From Acidobacteriota bacterium (GTDB lineage: Bacteria > Acidobacteriota > CAIWXX01), in NCBI GenBank assembly GCA_040755995.1, contig JBFMAF010000010.1, positions 192,001-256,000 of the forward strand: a stretch of DNA of 64,000 bases, in the 5' to 3' direction. This document shows positions 43,158 to 52,700 of the stretch, in pieces. The position numbers and the translations under genes were made by a program. The notes under the pieces were generated by a model that did not search any database, was not told the DNA's origin, and worked only from the letters and a program-made list of their open reading frames with translations. Within the stretch, counting starts at the first letter, position 1. Each line of letters opens with the position of its first letter.

Positions 43158-43370
43158 CTACGCGTATGCGAGGCGTCCTTTCGGCTGAGGGATCTGCCTG
43201 CCGAGTCTCGTGGCGGTCTCGATCCACTCTTCGATAACCTGCTCCGTGTTGGCGAGGGCTTGCTGGTAGGTCTTCCCATCCGCCATACATCCCGGGAGTT
43301 CCGGAACCTCCGTCACGTAGGCGTTGTCCACGTCACTTCAGTAGATAATGATCTCGTACTTGGCGTCCAT
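43158..43370 (-). pseudogene. hicB: HicB-family antitoxin with premature stop
   Basis: MDAKYEIIIY*SDVDNAYVTEVPELPGCMADGKTYQQAL..IPQPKGRLAYA; TGA at 43338-43340 where Trp (TGG) is typical. Confidence 0.85.
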
Positions 43371-43372
43371 GG

Positions 43373-43626
43373 CTATTCTCCGATGCGAAGGCCGGATCTC
43401 AGGATCACATCCCTGACTTGCTTGACCTGGTACGCCTTCGCTTTCCCTTCACGGGGCGCAGGTTAAGGATCTCCTCCACACCTTCCATTGTAAGAATGTG
43501 ATGATCACCTCTGATGCGCTCATCAAAGCCAATCCGTTTGAGCAGGTCGCACAGCGCGTCGAATGGCACGTTTGTGTCTGATCGACGCATCAGGATGTGC
43601 TGGTATAGCTTCTCGTACTTGCCCAC
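43373..43626 (-). pseudogene. hicA: HicA-family toxin, frameshifted
   Basis: MGKYEKL..GFDERIRGDHH..EILNL, a 1-nt deletion near 43458, then PREGKAKAYQVKQVRDVIL..GE* in another frame. Confidence 0.82.
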
Positions 43627-43762
43627 GCAGGTAGAGTATCACGGAGATCCGCATATGTTGAGCCTCACGCGCCCTGGGCCAAGGCCACGCTCCAGCGGTA
43701 CAACCAGATGAAAGCCGGCGGTCCGCCCCTGAATCGGAGCCCCCGTTGGCCCCGAGCCTCGA

Positions 43763-44344
43763 TCAGCCGTGATGGCAGCAGGTGGTCTTGGGGCCCGAGG
43801 ACGCGCAGAGCTCGTCGGCGAGCCTGTGGAACCTCTCGTGCTCGCCCGCGCCCATTACCTCACGCTCGAAGGCGTCGAACGACTTCCCGAGCGCATCCAT
43901 CTCGGCCGGGGGAATGGCCCTCAGCGCCATGGGATACAGTATGTTGTCTTCCTTCATGATGTGAGCGCGAAGCATCGAGATGAATTCAGTCGCGTTCTCA
44001 TGGAGCGCCGCCCGCTCGTCGGCCGTCAGAGGTCCGGAACCCGAGCCGATCCGCGCCAGCGCCCGGACGCGCTCGCGCCCGTACTCGTGATCCGCAAGCA
44101 TTACGGCCACAGGCCCCTGGTCCGCGGGGAATCCGTATGCTCCCATTGTCTTGAAGAGGCGATCCTCCTCCTTGCCGTGGTGGCATCTGTCCGCGAAGTT
44201 CTGGAAGAACTCTGCGTACTTGTGGACCGTGGACCGGTCGGCGCTTCCGCCGTTGCGCGCCGCCCTGGCGTAGCCCTCCAGCGAGGTCATCACCTGTTCG
44301 ATGACCCGGTGCTCCTTCATCAGTGTGTCTATCGCAGTGTGCAT
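43763..44344 (-). CDS. Hemerythrin/HHE cation-binding domain protein
   Basis: AAAGGAG RBS; LMKEHRVI, CHHGKEEDRLF, MLADHE, HIMKEDNILYP; C-terminal CCHHG. Confidence 0.9.
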   Translation of the reverse strand: MHTAIDTLMKEHRVIEQVMTSLEGYARAARNGGSADRSTVHKYAEFFQNFADRCHHGKEEDRLFKTMGAYGFPADQGPVAVMLADHEYGRERVRALARIGSGSGPLTADERAALHENATEFISMLRAHIMKEDNILYPMALRAIPPAEMDALGKSFDAFEREVMGAGEHERFHRLADELCASSGPKTTCCHHG

Positions 44345-44523
44345 GTTGGTGCTCCTTTCACAAAGCCTGTTATCTGACCGGATTATCCTTTGGGTGGTCA
44401 ATAGAACGTGTGTATACGCCATGCGGAGGCGATCCCGTGATCCCGGAGTGACGTTCACCCGAGTCCCCGACTCGATGCTGGCGTTTGTCCCCAATAGACT
44501 TGCAGCCGCCCCCATGAAACCGC

Positions 44524-44943
44524 TCATCTCCTGCTCGGCCTCGCGCGCAAGCCCGACCCAAGGTCGGCCACGCTCAGCGATCTCATCATCTCCCGCTGTG
44601 CCTCGCGTATGACGCTCCAGTGCTCATGCAGCGGGCAGGGGTCTTCCTTGTCGCACCTGTCCAGGCCGAAGACGCACTCGCCGTCATCCTTCCTCCCGTC
44701 GAACACTTCCAGGACGCCAAGCAGCGGTACTCTTGCGGCCCTTTTCTTGAGCTGGAAGCCGCCTCCCCAGCCCTTCTGGCTCACGACGAAGTCCCGCTTC
44801 CTGAGCTGGTTCAGGATCTTCGACAGGTAATTGGAGGGGATGGAGGTGGCCTTGGCGATCTGTGCTCCCTGGATCCACTCGCCGGGGTGATCGGCCAGGT
44901 AGCCGAGGATCTTCAGCGCGTATCTTGATGTCCGCGAAATCAT
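44524..44943 (-). CDS. Rrf2-family transcriptional regulator (probable Fe-S)
   Basis: SRYALKIL, IPSNYLSKIL, SQKGWGGGF, CVFGLDRC..PCPLH. Confidence 0.92.
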   Translation of the reverse strand: MISRTSRYALKILGYLADHPGEWIQGAQIAKATSIPSNYLSKILNQLRKRDFVVSQKGWGGGFQLKKRAARVPLLGVLEVFDGRKDDGECVFGLDRCDKEDPCPLHEHWSVIREAQREMMRSLSVADLGSGLRARPSRR

Positions 44944-44962
44944 CTCAACACCTCAAGACATG

Positions 44963-44991
44963 AGTATATCCGTTGAGACGCAGCTCGTCAA
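44963..44991 (-). promoter_or_regulatory. sigma70 promoter of the Rrf2 gene
   Basis: Minus strand TTGACG-17bp-TATACT. Confidence 0.65.
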
Positions 44992-45269
44992 TAGCCGGCT
45001 GCGGCGGAATTTTTCGCGCTCGCCGGTGAACACCCGCGGCGCCCGGAGACAGGATCAGACGCGCCCGGCGTAGCCCGGCCTGGTAGGGACATACAACCGC
45101 CTCGCCAGATCCGCGGCCGGCCTCGTCGGGGGATGATCGGATCGGTGGGGTCGACAGGAATTCGCCCACAGCCGCTCCGACGCCTACGCCCACGAATGCA
45201 GAGGCGGTCCCGCGGGATCAGGCTGTCGGGCCGGCGCCGCCGCCCCCGCCCCCGGCGTCGGCGTCCAAC

Positions 45270-45298
45270 TTGACTTGTCCAGATGGGTCAATTAGGTT
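45270..45298 (+). promoter_or_regulatory. Candidate sigma70 promoter of the glycan cluster
   Basis: TTGACT-17bp-TAGGTT, overlapping a TTGAC..GTCAA inverted repeat. Confidence 0.5.
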
Positions 45299-45402
45299 AG
45301 CTGTTTCGACGCGAAGAGAGAGGAACGCAGTGTGTTGACTCAGATATGGCGGCCGGCCGGGAGGCCGGCAGGCGCCTTCCAAGCGCGCAAGGAAGGCCGC
45401 TC

Positions 45403-46800
45403 ATGAAGGTACTCTTGATCTTTCCTCCCAACGTGTATTTCAAGCGGGCCAGCGAGGTGCACGTGGTGGAACCGCTCGGAATCGCCTATATCGCGGCGGT
45501 TTTGGAGCAGGCGGGCTACGACGTACGATTGATCGACGCAGACGCGGAGAACATCGAGATTCCGCACGTCTTGCAGCGCATGCGCGACTACCGCCCGGAC
45601 GTCGTCGGGTTCTCGATATTGACACCGCTGGCCGACATCGCGCTCGAGATCTGCCGGAAGGCCAAGAAGGAGCTCGACTTCGTGTCCGTGTTCGGCAACG
45701 TTCACGCCACGACGTACCCGGAGATGGCGAGGCTCGACGGTGTCGACTACGTCTGCCACGGAGAAGGCGAGTACGCGATGCTCGAGCTCGTTCGGGCGAT
45801 CGAAGGCGGCAAGGATCCTCACGGGGTTCCCGGGTTCTACTATGCCGACGCGGACGGCAATCTGGTCAATACCGGCGTGAGAGCCCGCCTCCAGCTCGAC
45901 GAGATTCCGTTTCCCGCCCGGCACTTGCTGCCGATGCAGAGGTACAGCTACGAGTTCCCGATCTACAGCGACCGCCGCAGGGTCTATGCGTCGGCCAATT
46001 TCTCGCGAGGCTGCGTCTACAAGTGCACTTTCTGCTCGTCGCCGAGTCAGTGGGAATCCAAGGTCACTTACCGCTCGGCCGAGAACATCGTCGCCGAGCT
46101 CAAGGAACTGAAGGACAACTTCGGGGTCAACACCTTCTACATCCGGGACGAGGTGTTCACCATCAACAAGAAGAACGTCGTCAGCATTTGCCAGAAAATG
46201 ATCGAGGAAAGACTCGATATGCACTGGTTCTGCTACGGCCGCGCTGACCACATCGACGAGGCCACGCTTACGTACATGCGCGACGCCGGGTGCATGATGG
46301 TGAAGATCGGGGTCGAGACAGGCGATCCGGAGATCATGAAGCTGATCAAGAAGGGGGAGACGCTCGACCAGCTGGAGCGCGCCTTCAGACTCTGCGACAA
46401 ACTGGGACTGTACACCCACGCGTCGTTCATGATCGGCCACCCGTGGGACTCCAGAGACTCCGTCCAGCGCACAATCGACTTCGCCAAGAAGCTCAACGCG
46501 GACACCACCGTGTTCCCCATCTCCACACCGTTTCCCGGCACCGAGCTCTGGGACATCGTGAAGCGGGAGAACCTGCTGCTCACCGAGGACTTCTCGCAGT
46601 ACGGGTACATCGAGTCGCCCGTGGCAAAGACGCTCCACCTCGACGCGCACCAGATCGTGTCGCTCCAGAAGAAGGCCCTGCGCCAGTACTACCTGCGGCC
46701 CGGATACATGAAGAAGGTGGTGAAAAGGGTCTGGCGCGATCCGCGCAGCCTCGTCATGTACGCCGCACCGTTCAAGACCCTCTTGAAGTGGATGACGTAG
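45403..46800 (+). CDS. B12-binding radical SAM protein
   Basis: PLGIAYIAAVL and GNVHAT B12 domain; SRGCVYKCTFC (CxxxCxxC); GVETG; PFPGTEL. Confidence 0.93.
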   Translation: MKVLLIFPPNVYFKRASEVHVVEPLGIAYIAAVLEQAGYDVRLIDADAENIEIPHVLQRMRDYRPDVVGFSILTPLADIALEICRKAKKELDFVSVFGNVHATTYPEMARLDGVDYVCHGEGEYAMLELVRAIEGGKDPHGVPGFYYADADGNLVNTGVRARLQLDEIPFPARHLLPMQRYSYEFPIYSDRRRVYASANFSRGCVYKCTFCSSPSQWESKVTYRSAENIVAELKELKDNFGVNTFYIRDEVFTINKKNVVSICQKMIEERLDMHWFCYGRADHIDEATLTYMRDAGCMMVKIGVETGDPEIMKLIKKGETLDQLERAFRLCDKLGLYTHASFMIGHPWDSRDSVQRTIDFAKKLNADTTVFPISTPFPGTELWDIVKRENLLLTEDFSQYGYIESPVAKTLHLDAHQIVSLQKKALRQYYLRPGYMKKVVKRVWRDPRSLVMYAAPFKTLLKWMT

Positions 46801-46872
46801 CGAGGCGCGGCCTGGGAAGTAACTGCGGGTGTGCCCGCTCGCAACACCGCGGATGGATGTCTCCATGCGCAC

Positions 46873-46908
46873 CGTGAACGTGAACGTAGACGTTCACGTC
46901 GACGTTCA
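46873..46908. repeat. Hexamer repeat array (CGTNNA)x6, partly self-complementary
   Basis: cgtgaa cgtgaa cgtaga cgttca cgtcga cgttca. Confidence 0.65.
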
Positions 46909-46956
46909 TGACCAGACTGGCCGGGTCTACCCACTGAGTGCCATCGCCCGACGAAA

Positions 46957-48054
46957 ATGCTAGTCCTGGGGATTGATTGCCGCCCGATGCTCAGCCGACC
47001 CACCGGTGTCGGCGTCTACCTCCGCCATCTGCTCCACGCGCTCGCCGCCGCCGACTCGCAGAATCGCTACCTCCTCTTCTCCAGCTCCCTGCGCGAACGA
47101 TTCGACGGCAATGCTCTGCCCCCCTTCCGCAACAGCTCCTTCAAGGACTACCGCATCCCTGTCCGCGTGCTCAACTTCTGCTGGCACCGCCTCGGGACAC
47201 CTCCTCTCGACCTCCTCTTCGGCGAGCCCGTCAACCTGACCCATTCACCACACCCTCTCCTGCTTCCCGCGCGGAGGGCCCGCACGATAGTGACGATCCA
47301 CGATCTGTTCTTCCTGTCTCATCCTTCGCTGGTCGACCGCGAAATGGCGTCGCATTACCCGGCGCTGGTCCGGAAACACGCGCAACGCGCAGACGGTATC
47401 ATCACCGTCTCCGAGTTCTCGCGGCAGGAGATCGTGAGCCGGCTTGGAGCGAGCCCGGACAAGGTCGCCGTGATACACCACGGCCCCCCGGAACGCGCGG
47501 AGTGCGCGCCGGCCGCGCGCGACTCCATTCTTCTCGTGGGCCGGATCGAGTACCGCAAGAACGTCGACAATCTCCTTCGCGCCTTCGCGCGAATCAAGTC
47601 GCGCGATTGCCGCCTTCGGCTGGTTGGGGCACCGGGCGCCGGCTACCACCACAGCCGCTCGCTCTGCGAGACGCTGGGGCTTTCCGGCAGAGTCGACTGG
47701 GTCGGCTACCAAAGCGGTGCCGGCCTCGCGGCCGAATACACGCGGGCACGGGTGCTCGCGTTCCCCAGCATCTGCGAGGGGTTTGGTCTGCCGCTGCTGG
47801 ACGCCATGCAATACGCCATCCCGATCGCCGCATCGAACGCGACCGCCATTCCCGAGGTCGCGGGCGACGCAGCGCTGTATTTCGATCCGGCGGATCCTGA
47901 CGCCATGGCGCACGCGCTCTGGACGGCCTGGGACGATGAAACCGCCCGGCAGCGCCTTGTGGAAGCCGGCCGGAAGCGACTCGACATGTTCTCATGGGAG
48001 AGAGCTGCGCGGCAGACACTGGACTTCTACGAGACCGTCGCGAGGCGCCGGTGA
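46957..48054 (+). CDS. Glycosyltransferase family 4
   Basis: TGVGVY, VTIHD, RKNV, EGFGLPLLDAM. Confidence 0.92.
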   Translation: MLVLGIDCRPMLSRPTGVGVYLRHLLHALAAADSQNRYLLFSSSLRERFDGNALPPFRNSSFKDYRIPVRVLNFCWHRLGTPPLDLLFGEPVNLTHSPHPLLLPARRARTIVTIHDLFFLSHPSLVDREMASHYPALVRKHAQRADGIITVSEFSRQEIVSRLGASPDKVAVIHHGPPERAECAPAARDSILLVGRIEYRKNVDNLLRAFARIKSRDCRLRLVGAPGAGYHHSRSLCETLGLSGRVDWVGYQSGAGLAAEYTRARVLAFPSICEGFGLPLLDAMQYAIPIAASNATAIPEVAGDAALYFDPADPDAMAHALWTAWDDETARQRLVEAGRKRLDMFSWERAARQTLDFYETVARRR

Positions 48055-48097
48055 GGCAGACCTCGCACGGCGAGAACGGCCACTGCGTCTGCTCGTC

Positions 48098-48130
48098 GAA
48101 TCTGTTGTGGACTTGTGACGCTCTGTATAG
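48098..48130. repeat. Partial second copy of the 20874-20936 element
   Basis: GAATCTGTTGTGGACTTGTGACGCTCTGTATAG, 30/33 identical to 20904-20936. Confidence 0.7.
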
Positions 48131-48145
48131 CCTGGAGAGCCGGTT

Positions 48146-49246
48146 GTGAGAGTGGGCATCGACTGCATAGAAGCAGGGGGCAAGCCGACCGGCCTGGGCA
48201 GGTTTCTGCGAGCCCTGCTCGGCGGCCTGGCAGATGCGCAGACTCCGCATGAGTTCTACCTCTATCATCTTGGAGACGCCGACCTGCCGGAGGGTCCGAG
48301 GTTCATTCCGAAGAGAATCGGCGGAAGATGGCGGAGACTTCTGCGCGAGCAGATCCAGCTGCCGCGGCAGGCGAGGCGCGATCGGGTCGAGGTTTTTTAC
48401 AGTCCGGGCTACTGGCTGCCGCTCATGCTGAGCGCACCCTCCGCGTTCACTCTGCACGACGTGTCCTTTCTGAGCCATCCAGAGTGGTTCTCGGGCCGCG
48501 AGCGGCTCAAGCGGACGGTGCTCTCGCGTCTTTCGGCCCGGAGGGCGCGGATGATCGTGACGGACTCTGAATTCAGCCGCGGCGAGATCCTCCGCCACTA
48601 CCGTGTCCAGGCCGGCCGAGTCGTCGTCACAACGGTCGGAGTCGAGCCTGGGATCTGCCACGGAGGCGGCCGCGGGCTTCGTGAACGGTTCGGCATACGC
48701 GGCCGTTTGATAATATCGGTAGGATCGCTCTTCGAACGGCGCAGGACCGACGTCCTGCTCGACGCGTTCTCCCGCGTGCTCGACGACCTCCCGGAGGAGT
48801 TGACCCTCTGGGTGGCGGGCGAGAACCGGACGCTGGGACACGTTGATTACGCAGACATGGCCCGCGGATTGGGAATCGGCGATCGGGTGATCTTCAGCGG
48901 ATACACGGACGAGGAGACGCTCAGGGATCTCTATGCCGAGGCAGACCTGCTCGTGTACCTTTCGGAGTACGAGGGCTTCGGCCTGCCGCCGCTGGAGGCG
49001 AGCGCGTGCGGAGTGCCTGTCGTGACCAGCCGCGGATCGAGTCTGGAAGAGTATTTTGCGGCAAGCGCGCGGATGGTGGACCCGAGGTCGCCCTCTGAGG
49101 TCGCAACGGCGATCGCGACGATTCTGTCCGACTCATCCCAACGGCAGGTCCTCCGAACGGCCGGCCTGCGCCTCGCCGAACGCCACACGCCGCAAGCAGC
49201 CGCGCGGGCGTTTTTGAATCTGATCGAACGACTTGTTACTCTGTAG
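48146..49246 (+). CDS. Glycosyltransferase family 4
   Basis: TGLGRF, TLHD, YEGFGLPPLEA. Confidence 0.92.
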   Translation: MRVGIDCIEAGGKPTGLGRFLRALLGGLADAQTPHEFYLYHLGDADLPEGPRFIPKRIGGRWRRLLREQIQLPRQARRDRVEVFYSPGYWLPLMLSAPSAFTLHDVSFLSHPEWFSGRERLKRTVLSRLSARRARMIVTDSEFSRGEILRHYRVQAGRVVVTTVGVEPGICHGGGRGLRERFGIRGRLIISVGSLFERRRTDVLLDAFSRVLDDLPEELTLWVAGENRTLGHVDYADMARGLGIGDRVIFSGYTDEETLRDLYAEADLLVYLSEYEGFGLPPLEASACGVPVVTSRGSSLEEYFAASARMVDPRSPSEVATAIATILSDSSQRQVLRTAGLRLAERHTPQAAARAFLNLIERLVTL

Positions 49247-49251
49247 GCGCT

Positions 49252-50166
49252 ATGTCTGATGGTGTCGCGCGGACGGGTGGCGTCACGCTCTCGATCATCA
49301 TTGTCAGCTACAACTGCCGGCAGTACCTCCTGGATTGTCTCGTTTCGATCGGGGAGGCGAAGCTGCCCTTCGATCATGAGATCATCGTCGTCGACAACGC
49401 CTCGACCGACGGTGGAATCGACTTGATTGAGAGGAGTTTCCGGTCGGTGCGTACGATCCGCAACGGGGACAACGTCGGGTTTGCAAGGGCGAACAATCAG
49501 GGGATTCTGGAGAGCCGGGGCGAGTTTGTGCTGCTTCTGAACAACGACACCGTGGTCCTGCCGGGGACGATCGAAGCGATGCTCTCACGGCTCCGGGCCG
49601 ACGACACCCTGGGGGCCGTCGGGTGCGCGCTTGAGGGGAGCGACTGGAGACTGCAGGTGTCGTTTGGAGGCATGATCGGATTCGGAAACGAATTCTTTCA
49701 GAAGGTGTTCTCGCGGGCGGTCTTCGCCGCCAGACAGAAGCTCTTCGGTCTCAGCGTCCGCTACCCGCACTGGGTCTCGGGTGCGTTCCTGCTCGCGCGC
49801 AGGCAGCTCCTCCTGGAGGTCGGCATGCTCGACGAGAACTTCTTCATGTACACGGAGGAGGTGGATCTCTGCGAGAGAATACGACAGAAGGGACTGCGCA
49901 TCTGCTACGACCCTACACGGCGAGTCATTCACTACGGTGGGAAATCCACCGAGAGGAATCGGACAAAGGCAGGGGTGGAGTACCGCAAGAGCCACCTCTA
50001 TTTCTACGCCAAGCATCACGGTGCGCGGGCAGCGCGACTGCTGAGGGCATATCTGCTGCTGAGGACCGGACTGGATCTGGCTTTCGCGCGGATTAGCGGC
50101 AACCGCGAGCTGACGGAACTGCGCCGCAGCATCTTCAGGGTCGTGAAGGACTATCGACTGAAGTGA
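49252..50166 (+). CDS. Glycosyltransferase family 2 (WbbL-like)
   Basis: SIIIVSYN, VVDNASTD, NVGFARANN, LLNND, FFMYTEEVD. Confidence 0.92.
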   Translation: MSDGVARTGGVTLSIIIVSYNCRQYLLDCLVSIGEAKLPFDHEIIVVDNASTDGGIDLIERSFRSVRTIRNGDNVGFARANNQGILESRGEFVLLLNNDTVVLPGTIEAMLSRLRADDTLGAVGCALEGSDWRLQVSFGGMIGFGNEFFQKVFSRAVFAARQKLFGLSVRYPHWVSGAFLLARRQLLLEVGMLDENFFMYTEEVDLCERIRQKGLRICYDPTRRVIHYGGKSTERNRTKAGVEYRKSHLYFYAKHHGARAARLLRAYLLLRTGLDLAFARISGNRELTELRRSIFRVVKDYRLK

Positions 50167-50172
50167 GCCGCG

Positions 50173-51645
50173 ATGTTGGAGCCCCTGCCTGAGCCGCCGT
50201 TGCACGCGCGCGCCGAGCCGCCGATGCTCACCAGCGCCGGATTGATCCTGTTCGCGAAGGTCGTTGTGCCCGCCGCCAGCTTCGCCATCGTCTACGTCCT
50301 GGGCCTGACAAGAGGGGTCGAACCGGTCGGGCAGTTCAACACCGCCATGGCCGTTCTGTCGCTGTTCCAGATTTTCGGAGGACTCGGTCTGGATTCCTAC
50401 CTGACGCGAGAGACTGCGCAGGACCCGCGAACGGCCCGCGACCTCTTTCTTCGGACCGCTCGCCTCGTGCTCGCCGTCTCGCTCGTATCGATGGCGGCCG
50501 CCGTGGCCCTGACCCTGCTGATCGGCTACGACCGCACAATCGTTCTGGCGACCGCCGTGGGGAGTCTCTCGTTGGCTCCGTTTGCGCTCCTGCCTCTCCT
50601 CGACGCCGTTTTCATCGGTCTGCACAGGCCGCGCACCGTGGCCCGCGTGGCGCTCGGGGAAAACGTCATCCGCCTGTGCCTCTCTCTGCTAGTCATCTGG
50701 CTCAGGCCTCATGTGGTGCTCCTTCTTCTTGCGCACTCCCTCGGCAAAGCGGCCGGCCTGCTGTTCTACTGGATTCCTCTCGGCAAGCTCCCGCGTGCAC
50801 GCAGCCGCCTCGAGTCGGCCTCTGCGCTGTTCCGTACCGTCCTCCCCTTCGTCGGGATTCTCCTCTGCTACGCCGTCTTCTGGCGATTGGACGTACTGCT
50901 GCTGTCGCGCCTGAGGGGGTACCACGACGCCGGGCTGTATTCGATGGGCCAAAAGGTGGTCATGGTGTTCTACCTGGTTCCCGCCAGTCTCGTGCTTGCC
51001 ACGCTTCCCAAGCTCGCCGCCGCATTCATCTCCGATAGAGACGCATTCGGCGCGCTGTACCGCCGCACGCTGTCCTGGCTCTGCTTCTACGTCATCCCCA
51101 TCACGATAATCCTCGTATTCCGAGGCCAGGACCTCTTCGCTCTGCTCGGCCTCGGTGACCGCTGGACCTCCTCCGGCAAGGCGGTCACGATTCTCGCCCT
51201 CTTGATCCCGCTGATGTCGTTCATCGAAGTGAGCTTTCGAACGATGCTTGCGGCCGGCCTCGAGCGCTCCGCGCTCGGCGTGGCGCTGCGGAGCGCGCTC
51301 GCCTGCATGATTATCCTCACCCCCGCCACGTATCGGTACGGTTGGGTGGGCACCGCCTGGGCCGTAGTCGGCGCAGCCGCCTTCGACCTCGCGCAGGACC
51401 TCTGGTACGTGCGGCGTTTCGTGTCCGGAATCGCGCAGGTGTGCGCGCGGGCCGCGCTGGCCGCCTGCGCTCTTGCCGGCCTGATGCGCCTCATCGTAGA
51501 CTACCCGCTGGTGATCTTCCTACTGGTCTCAGGTGCCGCACACCTCGCGCTGTCCTGCGCGGTCGGATTGGTGAAGCCTCGGGACCTGTCGAATCTTCTG
51601 ATGAGGCGCCGCAAGACCGAAGTCCAACTGTTGCCGCGGGAGTGA
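50173..51645 (+). CDS. Wzx-like oligosaccharide flippase
   Basis: Many TM helices; GLGLD..LTRE, RLDVLLL, GLYS pattern; cluster context. Confidence 0.82.
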   Translation: MLEPLPEPPLHARAEPPMLTSAGLILFAKVVVPAASFAIVYVLGLTRGVEPVGQFNTAMAVLSLFQIFGGLGLDSYLTRETAQDPRTARDLFLRTARLVLAVSLVSMAAAVALTLLIGYDRTIVLATAVGSLSLAPFALLPLLDAVFIGLHRPRTVARVALGENVIRLCLSLLVIWLRPHVVLLLLAHSLGKAAGLLFYWIPLGKLPRARSRLESASALFRTVLPFVGILLCYAVFWRLDVLLLSRLRGYHDAGLYSMGQKVVMVFYLVPASLVLATLPKLAAAFISDRDAFGALYRRTLSWLCFYVIPITIILVFRGQDLFALLGLGDRWTSSGKAVTILALLIPLMSFIEVSFRTMLAAGLERSALGVALRSALACMIILTPATYRYGWVGTAWAVVGAAAFDLAQDLWYVRRFVSGIAQVCARAALAACALAGLMRLIVDYPLVIFLLVSGAAHLALSCAVGLVKPRDLSNLLMRRRKTEVQLLPRE

Positions 51646-52700
51646 AGGTCTTGAAGGTTGTTATCGACTGCAGGAAGCTCCGCGACCTCGGGATCGGCAC
51701 CTACATCGACGGTCTCGTCTCACAGCTCCGGCGGCTCGACTCGCGCAACGACTACGTGCTGCTGTGTTTTCGTCAGGATGCGGAAAGACTGCGGCAGTAC
51801 TTTCCCACCCGCGTCGTATCCGCCGGGCTCTACAGCGCGGCCGAGCTCGTCCAGATATCGAGGGCCGTGGCATCCGAGCGCGCCCACCTGTTCCACTCGC
51901 CTCACTACGTCCTCCCCTTCTTCCTCCCATGCCGCACGGTGGTCACCGTGCACGATTTGATCCACGTGCTGTTTCCGGAGTACCTGCGCGGTGCGGCCGA
52001 GAGGTTCTACGCCCGGTTCTTCCTCCGGCGCGCCATGTGCACCGCATCGGCGGTCATCACGGTGTCCGATACGAGCCGGTCCGACATGATCGGGAGATAT
52101 CCCGGGGCCGCCGGCCGCCTCCACCGCGTCTACAACGGGGTGCAGCCGTGCTTTACTACATGTGTAGTAGAATCGCGGGGCGATCCTCCGTATTTTCTCT
52201 TCGTCGGAAACAACAAGCCGCACAAGAACCTGCCGGTGCTCCTGCGGGCGTTCGAGGACGTTCGGAGCGAGACGCGCGAGCTGCGGTTGCGGATCGCCGG
52301 GTTCGAGCGGGGGCTGGAGCGGCTGCCGGAAGGCGCGGAGGTGCTTGGGTACGTTTCGCAGGAGCGGCTGGTGGAGCTCTACAGGTCGGCCCTGGCCCTC
52401 GTCTGCCCGTCCCGCTACGAAGGATTCGGGCTGCCGGCAATCGAGGCTCAGGCTTCGGGCTGTCCCGTCGCGGCTTCGGACATCCCCGTGTTCCGGGAGA
52501 CGCTCGGCGGCAGCGCGCTTCTTTGCCGCGAGGGAGATGCCGGGACCGTCGCCTCCGCGATGCGGCGGCTGCTTGACGAGCCGGGGCTGCGGGAGGAGCT
52601 GATCCGGCGAGGTCGCGCGAATATCTTGCGTTTCTCGTTCGAGTCCTGCGCACAGGAGACGCTGGCCATATACGAGCGAGTCGCGGCGGCAAGCGCATGA
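51642..52700 (+). CDS. Glycosyltransferase family 4
   Basis: GIGTY, VTVHD, PHKNL, YEGFGLPAIEA; GTGA overlap with the flippase. Confidence 0.92.
   Translation: MKVLKVVIDCRKLRDLGIGTYIDGLVSQLRRLDSRNDYVLLCFRQDAERLRQYFPTRVVSAGLYSAAELVQISRAVASERAHLFHSPHYVLPFFLPCRTVVTVHDLIHVLFPEYLRGAAERFYARFFLRRAMCTASAVITVSDTSRSDMIGRYPGAAGRLHRVYNGVQPCFTTCVVESRGDPPYFLFVGNNKPHKNLPVLLRAFEDVRSETRELRLRIAGFERGLERLPEGAEVLGYVSQERLVELYRSALALVCPSRYEGFGLPAIEAQASGCPVAASDIPVFRETLGGSALLCREGDAGTVASAMRRLLDEPGLREELIRRGRANILRFSFESCAQETLAIYERVAAASA

Noticed and set aside
36049..43340. TGA recoding (Trp or Sec) as the explanation for in-frame stops in DUF4258 and hicB
   Set aside because: Many intact genes here end in TGA, the two positions imply different residues (Arg and Trp), and neighbouring hicA is frameshifted.
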